From Anthoceros angustus (lineage: Eukaryota; Plantae; Anthocerotophyta): a stretch of 64,000 bases of DNA. Numbering within the stretch: the stretch's first letter is position 1; each line of letters opens with the position of its first letter. The position numbers and the translations under genes are program-made. The notes below the pieces were generated by a model. The model saw only the letters and a list, made by a program, of their open reading frames with translations, was not told the origin of the DNA and did no database searches. Shown piece after piece: positions 35,753 through 46,311 of this stretch. The DNA is taken from NCBI GenBank assembly GCA_010909165.1, contig VJWM01000044.1, forward strand, positions 186,001 through 250,000. The letters run 5' to 3'.

Positions 35753-36075
35753 TCTATAACTCTTGCATCCACCATAATTTCCAAACTTGACCATAGGATG
35801 CTCTATAACTTCCGCATCCACCATAATTTCCAAACTTGACTATAGGATGCTCTATAACTCCTGCATCCACCATTCCAAAGTAGACCATATGATGCTCTAA
35901 AACTCCCACATCCACCATTCCAAAGTTGACCATAGGATGCTATATAACTCCCGCATCCACCATTCCAAAATTGAACATAGGACGGTCTATAACTCCTACA
36001 TCCACCATTCCAAACTTGACCATCAGATGGTCTATAGGTCATGCATCCACTATTCCAAACTTGACCATCGAATGA
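35753..36075. repeat. 45-bp tandem repeat (about 7 copies; the two leftmost are 49 bp)
   Basis: Consensus CTATAACTCCTGCATCCACCATTCCAAACTTGACCATAGGATGCT. The minus strand is open for 15-aa repeats (YRASYGQLWNGGCGS). Confidence 0.9.
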
Positions 36076-37117
36076 AGTACTAGTCTACTTTCGTGGGATG
36101 ACCTATCCGGAAGTGCATATCATCCTTCCCTTCAAGCCTCTAGGTACAATGCATGTCTGACTTTAGTACTTCCAAATGCAAATATTTTAGAATAATTCCT
36201 AAAATAAATCTAAAGAAATTTTATATTACAAAAAATCAATGCATGATATAAGAATAATATAATTTTATAGAATCTTAATCTAATTCTCAAAATAATATAA
36301 ATGATTAAGTTTTTCTTAAACCATGTGCATCTAAAAGAGGGAACAAAGTCACAAAGTTGAATTATCAACATCTTAAGGACTTGAAGAATAAAACAATTTA
36401 CAAGAGAAAAATATTTATGTATTATATTTTTAAATTTATGATTCTCATTTTGTCCTTTTATCAGTTGACTTTGTAACATGAATGAGAGTATGCACTTAGA
36501 TTAATGAAATATACAAAATCTTTAAAATTGCTAGCTGTTACCTCGATACCTGCACCTTGTACAACACACTAAGTTTTAGAGCACCACACATATGTTGAAC
36601 AAGTGTTAATGGCTGCATAATATATGAATTAAGAAAGAATAATCTTAACGCATAGTTGACCTATATTTGAATATCAACTTTGTTAAATTGAATGATGAGT
36701 GCATCGGTTACCTACTTTCTAAATTGATTGCGTGTTTAATGCTCGACAACTCTAGAATCACGTGTTCCAATTATGTAAGACATAGCACATCATGTTGTTC
36801 ACCTGTTATGTGTTCAGGTACTTATATATATCATCGCAATTCCACTAATAAATTCCACATAAACATTGGTTGTGGATCCAACAAATTCTACATGAACATT
36901 GGTTGTGGATCCAACAAACAAAAGTTTCTATATCAACATTGGTTGTAGGATTCAACATTGACGTCGAAGCTTTTCATCTAAAGGTATATAACTCTTTTAT
37001 TTTTTTAATATTTTAATGATCTTATATATGAATCTTTTTGCCTAACACTTTGTGGTTTACATGTCTAAAGAATATAAGCAATATTTTCAACTATCAGAAC
37101 TAAAGACGACTTAAAGG

Positions 37118-38604
37118 ATGAAGGCTTTATGGATGATGGTATTGACAACTTTCTTGATAGCAATGGTAATAAGCCTTGAATTCTATTGTGAATAAGCCTT
37201 GAATTCTATCTTTTCAATGTGTAGAAGATATCGTGAACATTGATGATGGCAGCACAACCTTTTCATGCACATGGTATCATGAAAAATATTTAACTCAATT
37301 GTATGTGTTTTAAACAGGCAAACTTCAGTGTTGCTGTCCCACCATATTATTTGCATTCAATGAATAGAAAGTTATTTGAAAAAAATGCAAAAGAGACCGA
37401 GCTTTCATTACCTTTGATGAGCATGATGCCGAATAAGATCATACTAAATTATTGGAAGGCAAGATTTGGTTCCATGGATATGCCTGCAGGGTTGCAAAAT
37501 TTGGCATCTCCAATGTCCTTTCAAAATTTAGAGCAAACAAACAATGCAAATGTTCTCTTGCACAAGCTATGTTACTCACCATATCTTGTGTGTAATGTTT
37601 CCTCTAAAGTTGATTTGAGCAATACAATATCTGATGGATTCCCAGGATATTTCCGTGATTATAATGTAGAACGATCGGAAGCTACTTTGAGCGATGCGGC
37701 ATCATCAGGATTTCCATCATACATGCGTGATTATTTGACACCATTGAAAGCCACTTTGAGCGATTCAGAATCAGCAGGATTTCCATCATACATGCGCGAT
37801 TATGTTGCACGAGTAAACGAAAAGAAACACTCGACATCTATGACTCCGTTGATGGAGGAAAAAATAAAACTTGTCGAAGCTGTTTGGTTTCGTGAGAAAG
37901 ACTTGATTAACCAGCATGAGGTAGGTAATGTTCTAAGAAAACCTGCCCAAATATTTATTGCTCGTCCTACTGAGTGGGGTCCAAAGAAGTTTCTTCCGCT
38001 CGTTATTCTTGAGGCACTTGGAGGTTCAAAATTAGAAGCACCTGATCTTCTCAAAAACTTGAAAATCCAAGCAGATTCTCCATTAGCTACTCAAGTATTT
38101 CAAACGATGCGAATATGCAACATGTCCAAGGAACTATCACTCCAAGGAGAAATCAAAAAATGTCTTAACTCAGTTGAAGAAATTATTGATTTTTTGAAGC
38201 ATGTATTTAAGTCAGAAATTACCAAATTATCCACCATAGAAATGTTGGAGACCTCTTCCCTCGATGCACAAAATGAAGTGGTACTCAAAGGTGAATTTAA
38301 ATTATCAACTCTTGAATTGAAGAATGATGTGGAATCGAAATATGTATCATGTCACTCTATGAACTTTCCCTCCAAAATGGAAGTGTGCCACTATATTCCA
38401 AGTACAAAAATATATCTTGTGTCTTTAGAATCTACTATTAGCAAAGGCTATACAATTAAGAATGTAGTCCTATGCCATACAGATACAAGTAAGTGGAGTC
38501 CAGATCATATTGCTTTCAAAGCGTTGAAAGCAAAACCCGGTGACGGCACTTTATGTCACTTTTCTGAAGCTAATGCCTTTTCATTTATTCTTCATAATCA
38601 ATAA
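37118..38604 (+). CDS. Secreted BURP-domain protein, about 444 aa, with three GFP(S/G)Y(M/F)RDY repeats; exons 37118-37165 and 37318-38604
   Basis: The signal-peptide exon MKALWMMVLTTFLIAM splices in phase 0 to ANFSVA. WFREKDL marks the start of the domain. The BURP signature CH-X10-CH-X27-CH-X25-CH-X8-F is intact (the terminal W is replaced by F). Confidence 0.9.
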
Positions 38605-39418
38605 GTGGATGTAGAACTAGTTTACTAACATGACTTGGTTTTTACGTTATACTGTATAGAAAGAGTGACATACTATGATAACTTAGTGTAAATAAATTTA
38701 TTTATACAATAGAATAGTATCTTTTGTATAATATATATAAATAAAATTTAAATAAATATATTATTATATTGTACGTTAACTATATATTCCTTCGTGAGAT
38801 CCTTTGCTATCCTTAGAATTTTCTTGACCAAGTGTGATCAAGTTACACAAGGTTTTTCAGCATCTTTCTAACTGTCAGCAAAACTGCTAGCCAGAAACCC
38901 TGGCAGTCCATACCCTCCATGTCTAATTTGCACAGGAAATTGGATGTCCAGCTTCGCACATCCCTGCAGGAGACAATGAACTGTGAACGGATTGCTTACA
39001 GTGATGCATTCTTCCTTCATTGCACTGCATTTATAGAAGAGAGGCTTGCTGCCTCATGCTTTCTGGATCATCGCATTTCATGTCACGCAGTTCATGCAAG
39101 GCGGAGAAGGCTGTGCCAAGTCCTCAAACAGTCCTTGACTCTATGGTTTGCGACAATCAGCTTGAAGCAGCAGACTGCCAAGAAAGGCCATAGCGATTAC
39201 CCTTCCTGGCTGCCATTTTCCAGGTTCCAAGCATCAAGAGTGCAAGTTAGGATTTGTTGCAGGGGCACACGATACAGTTCTTGCAGAGAAAGGATATGAA
39301 GGGGCGATTGAGGTTCTGGGCTGCATAACGTTCACTTCAAGTATGTGCATAGATATATGATGGAGGTGATACATTATTGCCAATGGCGAAGAATGAATTG
39401 GTGAAGGTGCCATCAGTC

Positions 39419-39570
39419 AGGTGTATCATGACAGTGTGAAATGGTGCAGCCTTAGGTGTACCATGACAATGTGAATTGGTGCAGCCTCAGGTGTACCATG
39501 ACGATGTGAAGTGGTGCAGCCTCAGGTGTACCATGACAATGTGAATTGGTGCAGCCTCAGGTGTACCATC
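39419..39570. repeat. 35-bp tandem repeat, about 4.3 copies
   Basis: AGGTGTACCATGACAATGTGAATTGGTGCAGCCTC. Confidence 0.9.
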
Positions 39571-39710
39571 ACAAATTGTGTACATTGCCAAAGGCAGACC
39601 AGGGAAGCACAGCGCTAGCAACTACCTACGATGACTGGATTTAATGCTCTACATGTATGATACAAGCCTTCCACAGTGTGAAGAAGACCACTTCCACAGT
39701 GTGAAGGCTA

Positions 39711-41147
39711 TCAGGCTGCAGCAAGGTGTACCAAGAGGCCAACCATACCGGCGTTGATGTATGTGGTGGGCTCGGCCTGCCCGTAGTTGCTGCGGTCGTC
39801 GGCATAAGCATCGGCCTCGTCGGGTCCTCCCACAATGCCGCCCGTGAGCTGGTTGGGGTCGGAAGTGCTGGCTTTGTAGTAGGAGAAGCTGGCAGAGCAG
39901 TCGATCTCGGCGGGGTGAGTCTTCATGCACGGCACTGAAGCCGCGCGATGGTGAACCCGTTGGGCGAAGCTGGATCCAAATCCCACCATGTACGACATGC
40001 TCTGAGGGTTGTCACCCAGAATGTAGTCCACCTGCGCAGCAGCCACAGTATGATCGGACTCATGAGCCAGCAGAAACCGTTACCAGTGGAGCAGGAGCCA
40101 AATATCATTCAGACCGTACCTGGGTTTTGGCATGGGCACAGAGCTGGCTGGGACTGATGGTCGTGGTGCCACAGGTGACTGTCTGCTAAGATGCATCAAG
40201 GTACTTGGCGTAGACAACGAGGAGGAAAGAGGATGCGGTCACGTACTGCAGATTGCTGCCTGTCGCGAAGTAGAAGAGCCCGCCTGCAGATGGACAAGTC
40301 GATCCATGCGATCAATTATGTGAAACTGCAATCAGTGTTCAGTCAGGCTTCCACCAACTTGAAGGCAAGGCCAGGGGAGAGGGATTCAAACGAATGTAGA
40401 ACCATTACCAGGAGTGGACTTGGCTGCAGAGACGCCTGGCATGATGCCGCACACGAATGCATCCGCTTGCTGCTTGTAGCCCTGTAGACCGTCGGCTTTC
40501 CCAGCAAGGAAGAACTGCGAAGCCAGGACCTGAGCGCCCGCGTATTTGTTGTCCCAGCTGAGTGTGGGAGCGGAGGTGGTGGAGCCACCCAGCTCCTCGC
40601 CGTTGTCCACCAGGTATTGGAGGTATTTGTCGTCCCTGGATGCCTTGAAGAGCCAGGCTGCTCCCCACAGCAGCTCATCCTTGAAGCCAGAGTAGGAGCA
40701 GTAGAAGGGGCACACTTGCGGCTTCAGTGACCCCTCGCTGTAGGCCCCTCTGTACTGGTCCGCAAACGAGAAGAGCTCAGTGGCGCTGGCCAGAAGCGTA
40801 GCAGAGTACTGGGCGTCAGTGGCTAGGAACACAATGGATGGGGCGGCCAGGGCGGCAGCCGTTTCCGCAGCAGCGTCGGACCCTGGATTTGTTGCATCAA
40901 TCTTGTACGCAGTGTACAGCTCGGTTGGCCCAGTGTGAGCTTTGAGCAGATAGTCAGTCCCCCAACGGATGGCATCCTGTGCATTGGTCATCTCTCCCGC
41001 TGCACTCAGCTCTTTGCCCTTCTCGATCACCGTCCACGACAGCAGCGTGATGGTGAAGGCCATGGGCAGGCCGAACTTGACATTGTCGCCAGCATCGTAG
41101 TGTCCTCCCACCAAATCCACGCTGGACGAGGTGCCATCAGTCAAGCT
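39711..41147 (-). pseudogene. GH9 endo-1,4-beta-glucanase, middle and 3' portion
   Basis: DLVGGHYDAGDNVKFGLP, PGSDAAAETAAA, DELLWGAAWL, SWDNK, SNLQYV, VDYILGDNP, HHRAAS and EPTTYINA are present. The VQVGD..CWERPEDM segment is deleted between TELY and TAYK, there is an in-frame TAG at 40186-40188, and the 5' end is displaced to 43 kb. Confidence 0.92.
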
Positions 41148-42195
41148 GCTGCTCATCGGAGACTCTGGCGTGGGGAAGAGCAGTCTTCTGCTGCGCTTCA
41201 CCGCTGACACCTTCGACGAGTTGGCTCCAACCATCGGTGTGATTTCTGCTTGCTCGTTTACGGACAGTTTCGTTCATCCTGCAGCATTTGAGCCGGGGAA
41301 CATTCGGCTCGGCAGGTGTGGATTTCAAGCTCAAGTTGATGACCCTGAGTGGGAGAAGACTGAAGCTCACAATTTGGGACACAGGTAGGTTGCAAGCTGT
41401 CTCAGCTCGATTGGGAGTCGGACTGCTTTGTGCGGCAACTGGAAGTCTCTTTCACGGTTAGAAAGTCTGAGAGACGTTTGTTTGTGTTGTTTGTTGGTGT
41501 GGTTGTTGTGCACAGCGGGCCAAGAGAGGTTTCGGACGCTTACCAGCTCGTACTACAGAGGGGCGCATGGCATCATCCTAGGTTGCGGTTGAATTAGCCA
41601 AGTTTTCCCAGCTTGTGTAATGCTCTGCTGAACCCTAGTTTATGTGGCGCAGTTTATGACGTGACGCGTCGTGAAACATTTACGGATCTGTCGGATGTGT
41701 GGTTGAAGGAAGTGGACCTGTACTCCACCAATGCCGACTGCATTAAGATGTTGGTGGGCAACAACGTGGATAGGGTGGGTGGGAGCCAAAACTTTCAACT
41801 TCACAGTTGAGGGAGTAGGACGAGCAGAGTCTTGTTTCTAAGAGTAGTATTTTTCATAAATGCTGCTTTCTGCAGAACGCAGAACGTGTTGTGTCCAAAC
41901 AGGAAGGGGTGGATTTTGCCAGGCAGCATGGGTGCCTCTTTCTAGAGTGCAGTGCTAAAACTCGCATCAATGTGCAACAATGTTTTGAGGAACTTGTACA
42001 GAAGGTAATGTTGAGTGCAGCTAATCCAGCTCAAGCTTGTTACTCATAGGCTCTAACATATCTTCTTGCGTGTAACAGATTCTGGACACTCCCAGTTTGT
42101 TAGCTGACACAAAGGGCTACAAGAAGACCACGATTCTTACACCAGAGCCTGCCCAACCTACCACAGCGCCAGCCAGCAGTGATTGCGCATGTTAA
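41141..42195 (+). pseudogene. RABC: 5'-truncated RabC/Rab18 small GTPase; exons 41141-41236, 41316-41384, 41516-41581, 41653-41774, 41876-42004, 42079-42195
   Basis: [46 protein letters not shown] and the C-terminal CAC prenylation motif are present. The start codon and promoter are missing, and NKxD reads GNNVD. Confidence 0.93.
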
Positions 42196-42577
42196 TACTC
42201 TTGCTGACTCCTCGAGTACCTCAACTTGATGAATCCCTAGGAAATCTGGGTGACTTGTCCTTGGCGACAGTGTCCACTCCCTCTTCACTGGACCGTTGCT
42301 CTGCTTGCAGCTGACACTCTTCCAGACATGACCTCTGGACTGCAAATCATATTGGTCGGGAGGAAATGGGATAGATTTGAGACAAGAATGCTAAGTTTTT
42401 GAATGTGTTTACATGTAAGGGCAGCACAGGGAGGTAACCCGTCCATCAACGGGCCATGTGCGCTCCCGGCCACAGCACTACCTACGTAATGCTACTACTG
42501 CATTTCAAGAGTAAGCAATACACATATGGTACAAGCAAGTTGGGATGCTAATCCACGATGTGAAGCAAGAGCCGGCA

Positions 42578-42915
42578 TCAGGTGGCAGCTGACAAATGTG
42601 CCGAGAGGCCGACCATACCTGCGTTGATGTACGTGGTGGGCTCGGCCTGCCTATAGTTGTTGCGGTCGTCGGCATAAGCATTGGCGTCGTCGGGTCCTCC
42701 CACAATGCCCCCCGTTAGCTGGCTGGGATCGGAAGTGCTGGCCTTGAAGTAGGAGAAGCTGTCAGAGCAGTCGATCTCGGCGGAGCGAGTCTTCATTCAC
42801 GACACCGAAGCCGCACGATGCTGAACCCGCTGGGCGCTGGGGGAACCAAGCGCCCAGGTCCCAAGTCCACCATGTACGACATACTCTGAGGATTGTCTCC
42901 CAGAATATGGTCCAC
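42578..42915 (-). pseudogene. Last exon of a second, diverged GH9 paralog (frameshifted)
   Basis: VDHILGDNPQSMSYMV..GIVGGPDDANAYADDRNNYRQAEPTTYINAG is homologous to, but not identical with, 39711-40031. The flanking intron and 3' UTR are also diverged homologs. Confidence 0.88.
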
Positions 42916-43004
42916 CTGCAGCAACCAATTCATCAGACTCAGGCATCAGCGAGCGCCCAACAACCATAAAATCGATCAGTGGAGCAGAAGCGAAAAATCA
43001 CCCA

Positions 43005-43243
43005 CAACCGTGAATTCCCGTCCACGTCAATCTCTGGGATGTCAGCAGCGGCCCAGATCGCTGTCCCTCGTAGAACAGGATGGCCTTGGGCAGGGCGTCG
43101 CTGTACTTAGCCGCACCGAATCGGGCTGCACCACCACCAGCATTGCAACATGCAGGTGCCCAGGCGAGCGAGGCGACGCACACCCACACTCCCAATGCTG
43201 CAGCCGCAGCTGCCATTGTTCCACAGCTGGAACCTGGGGCCAT
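43005..43243 (-). pseudogene. GH9 5' end (signal peptide and first conserved motif), separated from the rest of the gene
   Basis: MAAAAAALGVWVCVASLAWAPACC..YSDALPKAILFYEGQRSGPLLTSQRLTW ends where the 41147 fragment begins (SLTDG..VDLVGG). Confidence 0.88.
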
Positions 43244-43979
43244 GCTTTAGCGAGTGCTACAAAGCTGCTGCAGATGGCGACCAGCTCTGAGCTGTTCGGG
43301 AAGGGAGATGACGGGGTGATGAGCAGAATACAATGCCAGGAACGTCGTGGAAGTTGCCACTAAATACAGATCCAGGGGAACAATGCGCATGCCGCCTGCT
43401 GATGGAAGCCACGAATGCGCCTCCTGTTCGCGTCGGTGCTCGGGTCTGGGATCCGAGCCACAGTTCACGGCGCCGGCGCCCTGTCCCCACCGTGAAAGCT
43501 GCTGGCGTGTCCCTTCACCCGGAACGGTTGCGGCAGTTGCGGGGACCCAACTTGTTTTACGAAGCTTCCTATTTACCCAACTGGTTTTAACAAGCCTGGT
43601 TTTACCCGGGTGAGGAGGAGAGGAGCGCGGTGGTAGGATGCGCTGCGCGGTCTGGCAAGGGCCTCGCGGGCCCCAGGTAAGGGGCGTAGAGCAGGGAACT
43701 TCATCCTCTGCGGGGGTTTCCCTGCAACCCCGGCGGCATCTTCTGCGTCGCGACGCCCACCTGGGTTGGTCGCGGCACAGCCCACGCAAGGCGGGGCGCG
43801 GTCCGGCAAGGGTACGGTGGGTAAGGGGCGCGGTCCGGTAGGGGTGCGACGGTAAGGGGCGCGGTGGATAGGGGGCACGGCGGGTGCGGGTGCGGCAGGT
43901 TGAAGGCACGGCGGGTAGGGGTGGAGTAAAAGTAGGGCCTGAGAGGTCGTGGCGGTGAGGCCAGCGGTGAGCCGGCTTC

Positions 43980-45080
43980 CAGGTTTAGGGTTTTACAACG
44001 GCTGGTCTTCTAGGTTTAGGGTTCTGTGGCAGAGGCTTTAGGGTTTTCAGGCAGGGGGTGAAGTTTTGCAGTGGCGGGGCTTGAAAACGTAAGTCGCTGG
44101 CTTTCTAGTCGGCCACGGGCTTTTAGGTTTTCGAGAGGGGGGTGTGTGCATTGGGTTGTCAAGTGTTTTGGCGGGTTCCGGCTCCTCTGGGTAGGGGCCT
44201 TTGGCCAGCCTAGTGAGGCTCGCCATACGGAGCATATACTCCATATATTTGGTAAATGCCGGTGATGCTTTGTCCTGGGCACTCGGGGCCCCCTCGACCC
44301 TGACACCCTCGGGAAGTCGTCCACGGGTTGTTCCCTGAATCGTGTCATTCTCGTTTGTTCCTGCCCTCTCCCCTATGGTGCAATCCACTCCTTGATTAAT
44401 CGTGACACCCGTCCGACACCCACCGGTGTCTTTGTGGGGTCAAGGGGGTGAAATGTCACATTGGACACAAACACAAAGACTTCGACCAAACCACCCAGGA
44501 GGCTCAAGTAAAATTTGCTTCTTCCAGTGGGGCTATATATCTGGCTCCAAGTTTGGATGCTCCCCTCGGCCCACCCCCAGAGTCCTGCTAGTGGTTGCGA
44601 ATGCAATTGGATCATCTGTTCACCCTATTCGGAGCACGCTTTTCGGAACCCCGCCTTTTTCGACGTCTCCCAAGGTGCTTGCATGACAACGTTCATCTTA
44701 CCTACCAGCTTCCTCTGGATCGCCTTGCGCTGGACCTTGAGGACGAGGTGGCTTGGACTCTGTTCCTTTTTCTCCCTTAGTGGTGTCTTCGTCACTCTAT
44801 GGGTGGTTCTTCCGACCATAGGGAGGTGGTGTCTCGTCTCTGTCGGTTTCGAGCTGGGGACTGAGAAGCTATGCAGGAGGAAGGGGGTCGCGCAACGAGA
44901 TCGAGGCTGGAGGCTGCCAAGGTGGATCGGGTTTGTCATGACCCTGCCAAGGCGCGGCTCAAGAGGTCTCTTGCTCGGCCGTGCTAGGGAATACACCGGG
45001 GCTTCCCGGACACTATGCCCGGAGCCGGTGGTGCCAACCTTTGAGGAGATAGCTCTACGCTCTGTGTCCTTTATCTAGCC
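43980..45080 (+). mobile_element. 5' fragment of a second, diverged CRE-clade retrotransposon copy (no RT)
   Basis: LFRRLPRCLHDNVHLTYQLPLDRL..AWTLFLFLP*WCLR..GG..HREV at 44650-44830 aligns with FRRLSTHLHDDARLALCLPLDRL..GGAFGHREV at 32070-32240. The two share the 19-mer CTTCCTCTGGATCGCCTTG. Boundaries are uncertain. Confidence 0.6.
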
Positions 45081-45264
45081 CCATATGACCTCATTCCACA
45101 GGATATCCTGGATTACAAGTCAGAGGAGCCTTTTGTCTCGACAGGACGGTCTTCGGTAGAGCTCTTACCCCTGCCCCATGGCTTTCTTCGTGTGGTCTGT
45201 TTGGGACAATCTACGATCACCTTCTGGAGGCCCTTCTTGACCTTGGATGCGTGCGCTTGTGCGC

Positions 45265-45412
45265 ACACGTGGGCCCCCTTGCCTCCTGATGCGCCAACAA
45301 GTGCACGCACCTAGGCCCCCTTGCCCCGAGGTGCGCGCACTTGTGTGCGCACCTGGGCTCCCTTGCCCCCTGGTGCACACACTTGTTCACCCAGCAGGGC
45401 CCCCCTGGCATG
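45265..45412. repeat. Diverged ~45-bp GC-rich tandem repeat (GTGCGCACAC..GGGCCCCCTTGCC), with another copy near 45695
   Basis: Three to four copies are visible. Confidence 0.7.
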
Positions 45413-46105
45413 TTGGATGATAACCCGGTACTAGGTCACCGCCGAAAGAGATGGAAACACCGTAAAGGATAAAAAAGGGATAGGGTGTTCTTCGTCGCAT
45501 TAGGACATAGGATAGATATATGAGAGCGGTCTAGGTGAACCTCCACCGATGTCTGCTACTTGTTATTTCGTCGGGAGTTCCGGCGCATCCTCAGACCTCC
45601 AAAAGGACATGTTTCCCCATTAGAAGATCATTTTTTGCGTTCTTTTTGCACAGTGCGCACATAAGTTCGCGCATAGCGTTAACGTTGTACCAAGCGTGCA
45701 CTTGTGCACACCTAGGCCCCCCTGGAATACAAAAACATAGAGGACCACACAAAATGCAGAAACTACAGACACGACGAAATTATGGAACAATGAAGTCACA
45801 TACCCTTCATCACGTCGACTAAATCGCCATGAATCTAATTAGAAGGCGCCAGCTCGGTATAGATAACGTGATAGGAAGTGGCACCGGACCTGAGAATGCT
45901 AGAAACCAATGGATGAACACCTATCAAAAACAACAAAAAACAAACCAACTTGAGTTTTCAGCGAAATAGAGTTGGGATTTTTACCAAAACCCCTTTTGAC
46001 AAGAGAAACCCCTTTCTACAGAGACGCTGTTCATAGAAAGAGCGGACGAAAGGAATAAGACTTGCCAGGTGCCCACTTGCACCCTAGAGCTCTAGAGGTA
46101 AACTA

Positions 46106-46311
46106 TGTCGTCCTAGAGACCGTGTTGAAAGCGTTCTCGACACTTGTCGTCCTAGAGACCGTGTTGAAAGCGTTCTCGACACTTGTCATCCTAGAGACCG
46201 TGTTGAAAGCGTTCTCGACACTTGTCGTCCTAGAGACCGTGTTGAAAGCGTTCTCGACACTTGTCGTCCTAGAGACCGTGTTGAAAGCGTTCTCGACACT
46301 TGTCGTCCTAG
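46106..46311. repeat. Nearly perfect 39-bp tandem array (5 units plus 11 bp)
   Basis: TGTCGTCCTAGAGACCGTGTTGAAAGCGTTCTCGACACT, with a single substitution in unit 3. Confidence 0.97.

Noticed and set aside
37225-37272. Extra small BURP exon (EDIVNIDDG..)
   Set aside because: The splice phases do not join it to the main ORF; direct splicing 37165 to 37318 gives a good signal peptide.
40386-41234. Apparent overlapping antisense genes (GH9 ORF extending over RabC)
   Set aside because: The ORF's first ~30 codons are just the reverse strand of the inserted RabC exon; true GH9 homology starts at about 41147.
46106-46311. CRISPR-like array (39-bp palindromic repeats)
   Set aside because: The units are contiguous with no spacers, there are no cas genes, and the context is eukaryotic.
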